Of a stretch of 64,000 bases of DNA, positions 52,544-61,732 are shown one piece after another. Each line of letters opens with the position of its first letter. Position 1 is the stretch's first letter. The position numbers and the translations under genes were made by a program. This stretch comes from Gammaproteobacteria bacterium (GTDB lineage: Bacteria > Pseudomonadota > Gammaproteobacteria > Arenicellales > Poriferihabitantaceae): NCBI GenBank assembly GCA_030590945.1, contig JAUVBY010000001.1:167-64166 (forward strand), read 5' to 3'. Below the pieces are notes generated by a model. It was given only the letters and a program-made list of their open reading frames with translations. It had not been told where the DNA came from and did not search any database.

Positions 52544-52909
52544 ATGCATGAGCTAGCGATTTGCCAGGCGCTAATGGATCAGGTCGATCAGATTGTTCTT
52601 GAGCAGCATGCGACAGGGGTGGCGAAAATTATTTTACAGATTGGGCCTTTGTCGGGTGTTGAGCCGCACTTGCTGAAGCAGGCCTTTCCTCTGGCCAGTG
52701 CGGGTACACTGGCGGAGCATAGCCTGTTGGAGATTAAACCACAGGCGATCGAGGTTGAATGCTCAAAGTGTAGCCAGCGTACGCTTGCGAAACCCAATCG
52801 ACTGGTGTGTGGGGCCTGTGGCGACTGGAAAACCCGTTTGATTAGCGGCGATGAAATGTTGCTGGAAAGTGTTGAACTTATTTGCGAAGAGGAGATGAAT
52901 CATGTGTGA
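52544..52909 (+). CDS. hypA: Hydrogenase nickel-insertion protein HypA
   Basis: 121 aa beginning MHELAICQ, with a zinc site CSKC...CGAC. Confidence 0.92.
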   Translation: MHELAICQALMDQVDQIVLEQHATGVAKIILQIGPLSGVEPHLLKQAFPLASAGTLAEHSLLEIKPQAIEVECSKCSQRTLAKPNRLVCGACGDWKTRLISGDEMLLESVELICEEEMNHV

Positions 52910-53726
52910 TACCTGTGGCTGTAACATTACAGATGGCAATGCGCACCTGGTAAAGCCGGGTGGTAAGTTGTCTTTGACCGCGTCGGGCAATGAAGCCGTA
53001 TCAGTGTTGCGTAGCTTGCTTCATGAAAACGATCATGCCGCCGCGCATAACCGCAGCCATTTTGACGAACATGGTGTACTGGCAATCAACCTGATGTCTT
53101 CGCCCGGAGCCGGGAAAACAGCCCTGCTGGAAGCGACGATACAAGCTCTGGGTGACCGTTATCGTTTTGCGGTGGTGGAAGGTGATCTTGAAACCGAGAA
53201 TGATGCTGAGCGTATACGGCGCCATGGAATTCCAGCGGTACAAATCACCACTGGCAGTGCCTGTCATCTGGATGCTCACATGGTGCATGATGCCCTGCAT
53301 GAACTGAATCTCGATGATATCGATGTATTATTTATAGAGAACGTGGGTAATCTGGTATGCCCGGCCAGTTTCGATCTGGGCCAACACTTAAATGTGACCT
53401 TATTGTCCGTGCCGGAAGGCGATGACAAGCCCGCCAAGTACCCGGTAATATTTCGCGTAGCGGATCTGGTGCTGCTGACCAAGGCCGACCTGTTGCCTGT
53501 ACTGGACGATTTCAGCCCCGAGAAAGCCGAACAAAATCTGCGTAACCTGGCTTCTGAGGCGCCTTTGTATACGGTGACCGTTAAATCAGTCCTCGCGCTT
53601 GAAAGCTGGTTGAACTGGCTGAAGGCTGAAGTTAAAGCTCAACGGGCGCGCGTTGCGAAAGGGGAGACATCGCAACCGGCGATCCAGCCGGAAGGTGCGG
53701 CATTGCATGAAAGCTCCCCTCTTTAA
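52902..53726 (+). CDS. hypB: Hydrogenase nickel-incorporation GTPase HypB
   Basis: 274 aa. The N-terminus is MCDTCGC, the P-loop is SSPGAGKT, and ENVGNLVCP is present. The last four codons and the stop lie inside MITE-like element Y. Confidence 0.92.
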   Translation: MCDTCGCNITDGNAHLVKPGGKLSLTASGNEAVSVLRSLLHENDHAAAHNRSHFDEHGVLAINLMSSPGAGKTALLEATIQALGDRYRFAVVEGDLETENDAERIRRHGIPAVQITTGSACHLDAHMVHDALHELNLDDIDVLFIENVGNLVCPASFDLGQHLNVTLLSVPEGDDKPAKYPVIFRVADLVLLTKADLLPVLDDFSPEKAEQNLRNLASEAPLYTVTVKSVLALESWLNWLKAEVKAQRARVAKGETSQPAIQPEGAALHESSPL

Positions 53727-53831
53727 CAAAGAAGGGTTGGGGGAGATTTGGGTGTTGCAAGCAGTTTTGGAATATCAATACCTTGTCTTCCGCTCAAATC
53801 CCCCTCTATCCCCCTTTAATAAAGGGGGAGG
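53714..53831 (+). mobile_element. MITE-like element Y (same family as 37392..37512)
   Basis: Both roughly 37-bp hairpin-containing termini match the reverse complement of element X. It spans the hypB 3' end and the hypB-hypD spacer. Confidence 0.75.
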
Positions 53832-53852
53832 TAATTCTGGAGCATTAAACCC

Positions 53853-54953
53853 ATGACCACTACCGCAAAAAAATGGCTGGAGCGTATTCATGCCTTGCCG
53901 CTTGAAGGCGTCACCAAAATTATGAATGTTTGCGGCGGGCATGAGCGTTCAATCACCATGGCTGGTTTACGAAAGGTTTTACCGGACGAAATTGAACTGG
54001 TGCCGGGGCCGGGTTGTCCGGTGTGTATTTGCCCGGAAGAGGACGTGTTTGAAGCGATCCAGCTGGCGCTGAATGAAGACATAATCCTGATTGCTTTTGG
54101 TGATATGCTGCGTGTGCCGGTAAACGTATCTAAAACTCGGGCACGTACGCTTGAACAGGCCAAAGCAGCCGGCGCCGATATTCGGCCGATCGCGACTCCC
54201 CGGGAGGCCGTTGATATTGCCGCTCAGAATCCGGATAAAGCCGTCGTATTTTTCGCCGCAGGATTTGAAACCACCACTGCACCAGTGGCGTCTATGTTAG
54301 TGCAGGGGGTGCCGAAAAATCTCTTCATACTGTTATCCGGCAGGCTCACCTGGCCCGCGGTGGCCATGTTACTCGATTCCGGCCAGGCCGCCTTTCAAAC
54401 GCTGATTGCACCGGGGCATGTCGCCACAGTAATGGGTCCCGAAGAATGGCAGTTTGTACCGGAGGAGCATAAAATGCCGGCAGCCGTTGCTGGATTCAGT
54501 CCGGAATCGCTGTTGGCAGCGATGTATTCGGTATTGCGTCAGAGGGTTGAAGGCAAGGCCTTCCTTGATAATTGTTATCCGGAGCTGGTTCGCGCCGGGG
54601 GCAACCCGACGGCGCAGGCCCAGCTAAAAACCTCGATGGACGTGGTGGATGCTAACTGGCGGGGAATCGGGGTAATTCCACAATCAGGCTTTGCTTTGAG
54701 TGAGGCGTATGCGCAACACAATGCGCGGAAGCAATTTCCCAGTTACGCCGAAGATGCGCGTAAACGCGCCGGCGAAATGCCGCCCGGTTGCGATTGCGCG
54801 AAAGTGGTGCTGGGCCAGATTTATCCGGATCAGTGTCGTTTGTATGCCAACGCCTGTGTCCCCAGGAATCCGGTGGGGCCGTGCATGGTGTCTGATGAAG
54901 GCGCTTGCCGGATATGGTGGTCGGGTGGTGTACGCAAAAACGCTGTTTCGTAG
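53853..54953 (+). CDS. hypD: Hydrogenase maturation protein HypD
   Basis: 366 aa with the motifs CGGHE, GPGCPVC and a C-terminal Cys cluster. Confidence 0.92.
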   Translation: MTTTAKKWLERIHALPLEGVTKIMNVCGGHERSITMAGLRKVLPDEIELVPGPGCPVCICPEEDVFEAIQLALNEDIILIAFGDMLRVPVNVSKTRARTLEQAKAAGADIRPIATPREAVDIAAQNPDKAVVFFAAGFETTTAPVASMLVQGVPKNLFILLSGRLTWPAVAMLLDSGQAAFQTLIAPGHVATVMGPEEWQFVPEEHKMPAAVAGFSPESLLAAMYSVLRQRVEGKAFLDNCYPELVRAGGNPTAQAQLKTSMDVVDANWRGIGVIPQSGFALSEAYAQHNARKQFPSYAEDARKRAGEMPPGCDCAKVVLGQIYPDQCRLYANACVPRNPVGPCMVSDEGACRIWWSGGVRKNAVS

Positions 54954-54992
54954 TTCTGGAAGCAATGGAGTTATCGATCAGCCCCGTCGACA

Positions 54993-55104
54993 GGATTGCG
55001 TCATTGAGGAAGAAAGTGACGTGGCAAATTACATGGATGACGTATTATGCAAACCACGAGAAAGGCATAAAACATCTGGATTGTCGCGCTACGCGCGCAA
55101 TGAC
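54993..55104. repeat. Short TIR-bearing MITE-like element in the hypD-hypF spacer
   Basis: GTCATTGAGGAAGAAAGTGACGTGGCAA (55000-55027) faces GGATTGTCGCGCTACGCGCGCAATGAC (55078-55104), giving GTCATTG...CAATGAC ends. The element is preceded by GGATTGC (54993-54999). Only a single copy is present in this window. Confidence 0.35.
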
Positions 55105-55112
55105 ATTGCAAA

Positions 55113-57419
55113 ATGAAAGATAAATCGGTTGCCCGGAAAATCTACGTAAGCGGTCGGGTTCAGGGCGTTGGCTTCAGGCCATATATTTACCGCCTCGCTG
55201 ATCACTGCCAGCTGACCGGTAGTGTGTGTAATCGCATGGGCCAGGTCGAAATTGTTGTGCAGGGCAGGGCTGAGCAGGTAGATCAGTTTGGCGCTGTTCT
55301 GGTCGAACTATCACCGCGGATTGCAAAACCATTTATTGTGTCCAGCAAAGCCGTGCCCCCGAAAGAGCGGGATAAATTTGAAATCTTGCCGAGTGAAGCA
55401 AAGGGCGAGGCCTCAATACATGTGCCGCCTGATTTTTTCACTTGCCCCGATTGCCTGGCGGAGCTGCGTGATCCGAAAAATAGGCGATACGCTTACCCCT
55501 TTATTAACTGCACCCAATGCGGGCCACGTTATACCCTGATCGAAGGCTTGCCATACGATCGGCCTAATACCAGCATGGCCGGTTTTAAACTGTGTGATGA
55601 TTGCAGGAAAGAATACGAGGCACCGCTGAATCGTCGTTTTCACGCGGAACCGATCGCCTGCCCGACGTGCGGGCCGGCACTTTGTTATGAATCGGCTGCG
55701 CTGAAAACAGGTACTGATCTGGCGCCGCTGAGGCAGGCTGTAAAGGCTTTACGTAATGGTCAGATTGTGGCGGTAAAAGGAATTGGTGGTTACCACCTGA
55801 TATGTGATGCGCGTAATAAAGCTGTGGTTGATCGCCTGCGCGCATCCAAGCATCGTCCGCATAAGCCCCTTGCGGTGATGTTCGTGGCGGAAGCTTATCG
55901 GGAAGATTCTGAATTAAACCGCGCAGTGATTGTGCCGGATGCGCAGTGGGACCGACTTAATCAGCCGGATCGGCCAATAGTATTGTTGCGCAAGCAAGGC
56001 GATTGCGGGCTGGCTGAATCAATAGCGCCCGGGCTAAATGAAATAGGAGTGATGCTGGCGTACAGCCCGTTACACGATGTGTTGCTGCGTGAATTTGGCG
56101 GGCCAGTGGTGGCCACTTCCGGGAACCTGAGTGGTGAGCCGGTAATTACTTCAAGTGCTATGGCTGCGCGCCGACTTGCGGGAGTGGCGGATGCCTTTTT
56201 GCATCACAACCGACCCATTGTTCGCCCGGCAGATGATTCTGTACTGCGTTTTATCGCCGGCCGTCCGCGGACAATGCGTTTAGGGCGCGGTTTGGCACCG
56301 CTGGAGCTGACCTTGCCCTTTAGCTTGCCGGAACCCGTTCTGGCGCTTGGGGGGCATATGAAAGTGACAGTTGCACTCGCGTGGGGCCGGCGAATAGTGG
56401 TTTCTCCGCATATTGGTGAAATGGAGTCGCCACGTAGCCTTAGGGTTTTTGAGCAGGTGCTGGGTGATCTTCAGGCTTTGTACGGCGTTGTTGCGAAGCG
56501 ACTGATTTGTGATGCCCACCCTGCGTATGCCAGTCATCGATGGGCGTTGAAACAGGATTTACCCGTCAATACTGTGTGGCATCATCACGCGCATGCTTCA
56601 TCGCTGGTTTTAGAGCCCATGTCCACATTTTCCGGGCAGGAAAAAATGCTGGCTTTCACTTGGGACGGAGTCGGCTGGGGGCCGGATGAAACACTTTGGG
56701 GTGGAGAGGCCTTGCTGGGTACCCCGGGGAACTGGCAGAGATTTGCGCATTGGCGGCCTTTTAATGTGCCCGGAGGTGATCGGGCCGGCCGCGAGCCGTG
56801 GCGCAGTGCGGCGGCTTTGTGTTGGGCCCTGGGGATTAATTATTCGCGGTCCGAAGCGCTGCGGGAAAATACTATAGAACTGCTGCACACCGCCTGGGAG
56901 AAAAGGATTAACGCCCCGCAAACGAGCGCAGTGGGGCGCCTGTTTGATGGTGCCTCTGCGCTGTTGGGTCTTGTCGAGCAGGCGAGTTTTGAGGGGCAGG
57001 GGCCAATGTATCTCGAAGCACTTGCCGAAGGGATTCGTGGTTCGACGATATTATTGCCCATCCATGTTTTACCGGACAAGTCAGGTTTAAAGGGCAAGGG
57101 GTACCAAATCGACTGGGCGCCGCTGGTCAGGCATATGCTGGATGACGAACTAAGCCCCGGACAGCGCGCGGCAGACTGGCATGAATCGATGGCGAAAGCC
57201 TTGCTGGTGGTTTCCGAGCTGGCAAGGAAAGAACACGCAATAGAGCGTATCGGTCTGTCAGGGGGTGTGTTTCAGAATCGCGTTCTGAGTGAGCGGGTGA
57301 TCCAGCTGTTAAAGAAACAGGGATTCGATTATCAGTTTCCCGGGCAGGTTCCAGTGAATGATGGTGGCTTATGCGTGGGGCAGATCGTGGAATATTTATA
57401 TCAACAAAATTCAGGTTAA
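55113..57419 (+). CDS. hypF: Carbamoyltransferase HypF
   Basis: 768 aa. It carries an acylphosphatase domain (VSGRVQGVGFRPYIYRLA), two CxxC-x18-CxxC zinc fingers, and YrdC-like and Kae1-like domains. Confidence 0.93.
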   Translation: MKDKSVARKIYVSGRVQGVGFRPYIYRLADHCQLTGSVCNRMGQVEIVVQGRAEQVDQFGAVLVELSPRIAKPFIVSSKAVPPKERDKFEILPSEAKGEASIHVPPDFFTCPDCLAELRDPKNRRYAYPFINCTQCGPRYTLIEGLPYDRPNTSMAGFKLCDDCRKEYEAPLNRRFHAEPIACPTCGPALCYESAALKTGTDLAPLRQAVKALRNGQIVAVKGIGGYHLICDARNKAVVDRLRASKHRPHKPLAVMFVAEAYREDSELNRAVIVPDAQWDRLNQPDRPIVLLRKQGDCGLAESIAPGLNEIGVMLAYSPLHDVLLREFGGPVVATSGNLSGEPVITSSAMAARRLAGVADAFLHHNRPIVRPADDSVLRFIAGRPRTMRLGRGLAPLELTLPFSLPEPVLALGGHMKVTVALAWGRRIVVSPHIGEMESPRSLRVFEQVLGDLQALYGVVAKRLICDAHPAYASHRWALKQDLPVNTVWHHHAHASSLVLEPMSTFSGQEKMLAFTWDGVGWGPDETLWGGEALLGTPGNWQRFAHWRPFNVPGGDRAGREPWRSAAALCWALGINYSRSEALRENTIELLHTAWEKRINAPQTSAVGRLFDGASALLGLVEQASFEGQGPMYLEALAEGIRGSTILLPIHVLPDKSGLKGKGYQIDWAPLVRHMLDDELSPGQRAADWHESMAKALLVVSELARKEHAIERIGLSGGVFQNRVLSERVIQLLKKQGFDYQFPGQVPVNDGGLCVGQIVEYLYQQNSG

Positions 57420-57430
57420 ATGATCCTAAT

Positions 57431-57660
57431 TTCCCCAGTTGGACAGGGTATAGTGTGCTTCTGTGGTGGTGCAGGGCAAGGCGTAACTGCGCGGAATGGT
57501 CATTCCCTTTCAAGCCGTTACAACGTGGCCATACGCCAGCACAGGGGTGCAATATACCCTGTAGCGCCTTTAACCCATACAGTGAAAAGAAAAAACACAC
57601 CCTTTTTAATTGATTCATATGCTTATCCATCTTTCATAGCGGTCAACTGAGGATTTTAGG
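57431..57660 (+). repeat. Copy B of the roughly 230-bp structured repeat, located inside the hyp operon
   Basis: It is homologous to 30866..31096 and fills almost the whole hypF-hypE spacer. Its conserved 3' tail TAGCGGTCAACTGAGGATTTTAGG supplies the only SD-like GAGGA (57649-57653), 10 nt before the hypE ATG. Confidence 0.7.
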
Positions 57661-57663
57661 ATT

Positions 57664-58668
57664 ATGCGAGACAAATATATATCTCTGGCACATGGTAACG
57701 GTGGCATCTATATGCGTGAGCTCATTGAGCAGCTTTTCGCGCGTTACCTGGGCAATCCGGATCTCGATGTTCAGGCAGATGCCGCACATTTGCAGTTAAG
57801 CTCCAGCGATATCCTGTTCACTACCGACGGGTTCACCGTGCAGCCGCTGGAGTTCCCTGGCGGTGATATTGGATCATTAGCAGTGCATGGCACCACCAAT
57901 GATCTGGCGGTTTCGGGGGCTAAGCCCGTGTATCTGAGCCTGAATGCGTTTATCGAAGAGGGTCTGGAGATCTCGGTGCTTGAGCGTATTATTCAGAGCC
58001 TGGCGAGAGCCGCAAAGCAGGCAGGTGTCGTAGTCGCAGCGGGTGATACTAAGGTGCTGCCACGCGGTGAAGGTGGCGGACTGTATCTTGCGACCACGGG
58101 CATTGGTATACGCCAGAACCCGTACCCGCTGGGGCTGGACCAGATTCAGGCCGGGGATAAGATGCTGGTCAGCGGTTCGGTCGGTGATCACGGTATTGCG
58201 GTGATGCTGGCGCGCGAGCAATTTGGTCTGCGTGGTGATTTACAATCCGATTCGGCCAGCGTACTGCCCTTTACAGAGTGCCTTCTGGACCTGCCCGGCT
58301 TGCATTTTATGCGTGATCCGACTCGAGGTGGTCTGGCGACGGTTTGCCACGAGTTGAATCGTGCTACCGGCCTGGGAATCCGACTAAAACAGGATGACAT
58401 ACCGGTTAATGAGCCCGTGCAGTCGGTCTGTGATATGTTGGGATATGATCCGCTCTATCTGGCCTGTGAAGGGCGCGTAGTTGCGGTGCTTGCCGCTGCG
58501 GATGCCGATGAGGCGCTGCAACGCTGGGCGGAGTTACCCGGCGGAGAGTCAGCTTCGATATTTGCTGAGTTCGGTAATGATCATGACTCGGTCTTACTGG
58601 AAACCCATTTCGGGGGGGAGAGAATTCTGGAAGAACTTGAAGACGATCCCCTGCCACGCATTTGCTAG
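57664..58668 (+). CDS. hypE: Hydrogenase maturation protein HypE
   Basis: 334 aa with an AIR-synthase-like fold, ending in the conserved ..PRIC. Confidence 0.92.
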   Translation: MRDKYISLAHGNGGIYMRELIEQLFARYLGNPDLDVQADAAHLQLSSSDILFTTDGFTVQPLEFPGGDIGSLAVHGTTNDLAVSGAKPVYLSLNAFIEEGLEISVLERIIQSLARAAKQAGVVVAAGDTKVLPRGEGGGLYLATTGIGIRQNPYPLGLDQIQAGDKMLVSGSVGDHGIAVMLAREQFGLRGDLQSDSASVLPFTECLLDLPGLHFMRDPTRGGLATVCHELNRATGLGIRLKQDDIPVNEPVQSVCDMLGYDPLYLACEGRVVAVLAAADADEALQRWAELPGGESASIFAEFGNDHDSVLLETHFGGERILEELEDDPLPRIC

Positions 58669-58693
58669 TGCTCTTTCGGTGAAAGAGCACTAG
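58665..58693 (+). terminator. Strong hairpin at the hypE stop (possible terminator, no T-tract)
   Basis: CTAGTGCTCTTT-CGGTG-AAAGAGCACTAG forms a 12-bp stem that includes the TAG stop. Confidence 0.4.
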
Positions 58694-58843
58694 TAGCCGG
58701 ATAACAGGTATATCACACAGGTGATTCTCAGATTGACGCCCCCTAACAGCAGCCAGCCTTGAACGCGTAACCTGGTTATACTTTGTGCGATATACCAGAA
58801 ATCAGTTTTACTAAAAAATCAAACCCAATTGAGTATCGCTATA

Positions 58844-59809
58844 TTAAAACCCTCGTTTTTGCTGGGCGCGTATCAGGTAGTTCATGCGGTTTAGATCCCG
58901 TTCGTCCAGAGTCAACGCCGTTTCTACCCAGATGTCCACCACAGACATCAGTGATTCCCTTGATACCGGGTCAGCCACATTGATTGCACTGCGCAATGCG
59001 CGGGCCGCGTGGCCTGTTTTTTTGTGCTGTTCGATGTAATCATTGACCGCCGCTTCACCCTGGCCTTCATCGGCCAGCACGTCTACAATGCCCATGTCGA
59101 ACAGTTCTTCAGCGCCATAGGTTCGCCCGCTCAGGATAAATTTTTCGGCTTCGACCGGTGATAGTCTTCTGGCCAGAAACTGGTAGGCACCCATGCCTGG
59201 AAACATATTAAACAGTACTTCGGGCAGGCCCATGGTGGCTTGTCGTTCAGCTACCAGTACGTTTGCAGCTAATGCGGTTTCCATGCCCCCGCCCATAGCG
59301 CTACCCTTGACCAGCGCAATGGTGGTCATGGGCAGGCCCATGGCGATAGAGTTCTGGTAGATAAGCTCTACGCAGATGGTGGCGTATTCGGTCAGGCGTT
59401 TTCGATCGCCCTGCTTGATCAGTGAATAAAAGTAGGGCAGATCGCCGCCTAAGTTAAAGGTGTCGGCAATTTCCGAGTTGATCACCATGTAGGCCGGGTG
59501 TTTGGAATTTCTATCATTTTCAGTGCGGTTCTGATAATGATTGGCGAAATTTGACTGAAACGTGCGAAATGCCTGTATTAATTCCAGGGTGAATTTCGGA
59601 GGGCAATCCGGTCGTAAGCTCAGCCAGAACGTCGAAGAATCGACATCAAATCTCGTATCAAAAAACGGGTTGTCAGATTCAGGATTGCGACTGGTTGTCG
59701 AAAATAGTTGATGGACCGTAGATTTTGTTGCATAGTCGGTAGTGGGGTAGATTGCGTCATATTTTAGGTCACGCTTGGTTGTGTCTGTGTCTAGTGCTCG
59801 TACTAACAT
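58844..59809 (-). CDS. rpfF: RpfF-like crotonase (DSF-family signal synthase homologue)
   Basis: 321 aa. The motifs FNLGGDL, GGGMETALAANVLVAERQATMGLPEVLFNMFPGMGAY and the C-terminal ..IWVETALTLDERDLNRMNYLIRAQQKR closely parallel my recollection of Xanthomonas RpfF. Confidence 0.7.
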   Translation of the reverse strand: MLVRALDTDTTKRDLKYDAIYPTTDYATKSTVHQLFSTTSRNPESDNPFFDTRFDVDSSTFWLSLRPDCPPKFTLELIQAFRTFQSNFANHYQNRTENDRNSKHPAYMVINSEIADTFNLGGDLPYFYSLIKQGDRKRLTEYATICVELIYQNSIAMGLPMTTIALVKGSAMGGGMETALAANVLVAERQATMGLPEVLFNMFPGMGAYQFLARRLSPVEAEKFILSGRTYGAEELFDMGIVDVLADEGQGEAAVNDYIEQHKKTGHAARALRSAINVADPVSRESLMSVVDIWVETALTLDERDLNRMNYLIRAQQKRGF

Positions 59810-60034
59810 GGTATTACTCCTCTGAAGTTAAGGACACAAATGAAGGTTTTTCATCCGTGCCAAGGTTGGCTTAGTTGACAGAATACAATAGCAATAGACC
59901 AAAAACACTGTTTTGCCGCAATAATTTCACCGCTGTTCAGCTTGTGTATGGGTAGCAGATTTAAATTTATTTGCTGGTAAACAAGCTATAATGCCCCGCA
60001 TAAATCAATAAACCGCGAGACAAACTAACTGCTC

Positions 60035-60304
60035 ATGACTCAAACAAGCTACACCGCTGAAGAAATCCGCCAGAAAGTGTATTCAGTCGTATTTGAAGTA
60101 TCCGGGATTGAAACTTCGAAGCTGGATGATAAATTAACCGTTAACGATGATATTGCGCCCAGATCACTTGATCGTGTCACTCTGTTTATGGCGCTGGAAG
60201 ATGAGTTTTCTACGTCCGTTGCGGAAGAGGAATTGCAGGATATTGTAACGCTGGGAGATTTAATTAAATATGTGGAACGCAAGGCTGGAATAAGCCCGGA
60301 CTGA
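60035..60304 (+). CDS. Acyl carrier protein (stand-alone, atypical)
   Basis: 89 aa. The phosphopantetheine-site region IAPRSLDRVTLFMALEDEF corresponds to the canonical DSLDxVELVMALEEEF. Confidence 0.75.
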   Translation: MTQTSYTAEEIRQKVYSVVFEVSGIETSKLDDKLTVNDDIAPRSLDRVTLFMALEDEFSTSVAEEELQDIVTLGDLIKYVERKAGISPD

Positions 60305-60326
60305 GTTCTAAGATATTGTTTTAGCT

Positions 60327-61700
60327 ATGGAAAGCAAAAACAAAGTAGTCATTACCGGCATGGGCACACTCTGCCCGCTGGGATTATCAACAGCTGAATT
60401 CTGGCACGCCTGTCTGGAGGAAAAACAGGCGGTTTCGTCTATACCCGGTAAGTGGTTGGAATATGCTGACTATAGCTCCCGATATTGGGCACCCTTGCCC
60501 GAAATTGATTATTCTCAATTTGGTATTAACCGAATTGAAGCCCTGCGCCTGGATCCGGTCAGTAAACTGAGCCTTGCCGCGGCCGGACAAGCGCTCGACG
60601 ATGCCGGCGTCAAAGTTCGCCCTGTTAATCGTAAGCAAACTATCTTTGAGCTAGACGGTCTCGATCAGGAACGCTGTGGAGTAATCCTGGGAACAGGAAT
60701 AGGCGGTTTGAATACGACCCTTGACTCACATACGGTTCATCTTTTTACGCGATATCGCCAGGAGATTGAGAACCTGCTGGATACACGTGAACTGGGACCC
60801 GATACGCAACGAGAGTTGCAAACGCTATTAAAGCGCATGGACTACCCGCATCGCTATAATCCCTTCACCGTGTCGATGATCATGAATAATTCGATATCGG
60901 CGAATATTGCCATCCGATATCAATGTAAAGGGCCGAATAAAGTTATTTCCATTGCCTGTGCCTCAGGCACGGCCGCGCTGGGGCAGTCTTACGAAGAAAT
61001 TCAGAACGGACGCCTTGATTTTGTGATTTCGGGCGGTGCGGAGTACAAATACGATAAAACAGGAGCGGTGTTCAGGGGGTATGACATCGCGGGTACCCTG
61101 GCGCATGATTTTGCCTCGCCTCAGGACGCGAACCGACCTTTCGATAAAAATCGTAACGGGTTTTTATTTAGCGAAGGCGCAGCTGCGATCCTTATACTTG
61201 AGGAGAAACAACATGCGCTTGGGCGGGGGGCTAACATCATTGCGGAAATTAGTGGCTATTCAGAAAGTTTCGATGCGTATAGCATTATGAGTCCGGAGCC
61301 GGATGGAGTACAGATAGAGCGCATGATTCGAAGTGTATTGCAGCAGGCGGATGTGGCGCCGGATGAACTCGATTATATAAATGCACATGGTACCGGCACG
61401 GTGGCCAATGATGAAATCGAATGCCGTGTCATCGAACGGGTATTCGGTGACAAGCCCGTAGTGAATTCTACCAAGTCATGGGTTGGTCACACTATTGGCG
61501 CAAGTGGCGCCTTAGAGGCGCAAGTCGCCGCACTTAGTATCCGGGACCAGATTACGCATGGCAACGCCAATCTGGAAAATCCAATTTCAGATATCCGGCT
61601 ACTAAAAACACAGGAAAACCTTGATATTTCTTCAGCTTTGACGCATTCTTTCGCATTCGGTGGGCATAATTGCGCACTGATGCTTAGAAAATCGACCTGA
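60327..61700 (+). CDS. Beta-ketoacyl-ACP synthase (KAS I/II-like, Cys-His-His)
   Basis: 457 aa with the active-site Cys in SIACASGTAALG and the His motifs INAHGTGT and VGHTIGASGALE. An extra segment of about 35 aa (..TRYRQEIENLLDTRELGPDTQRELQTLLKRMDYPH..) is absent from FabF/FabB as I recall them. Confidence 0.8.
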   Translation: MESKNKVVITGMGTLCPLGLSTAEFWHACLEEKQAVSSIPGKWLEYADYSSRYWAPLPEIDYSQFGINRIEALRLDPVSKLSLAAAGQALDDAGVKVRPVNRKQTIFELDGLDQERCGVILGTGIGGLNTTLDSHTVHLFTRYRQEIENLLDTRELGPDTQRELQTLLKRMDYPHRYNPFTVSMIMNNSISANIAIRYQCKGPNKVISIACASGTAALGQSYEEIQNGRLDFVISGGAEYKYDKTGAVFRGYDIAGTLAHDFASPQDANRPFDKNRNGFLFSEGAAAILILEEKQHALGRGANIIAEISGYSESFDAYSIMSPEPDGVQIERMIRSVLQQADVAPDELDYINAHGTGTVANDEIECRVIERVFGDKPVVNSTKSWVGHTIGASGALEAQVAALSIRDQITHGNANLENPISDIRLLKTQENLDISSALTHSFAFGGHNCALMLRKST

Positions 61701-61732
61701 AGGAGACTCTGTAGCGAACAGATTTAAGCAAA

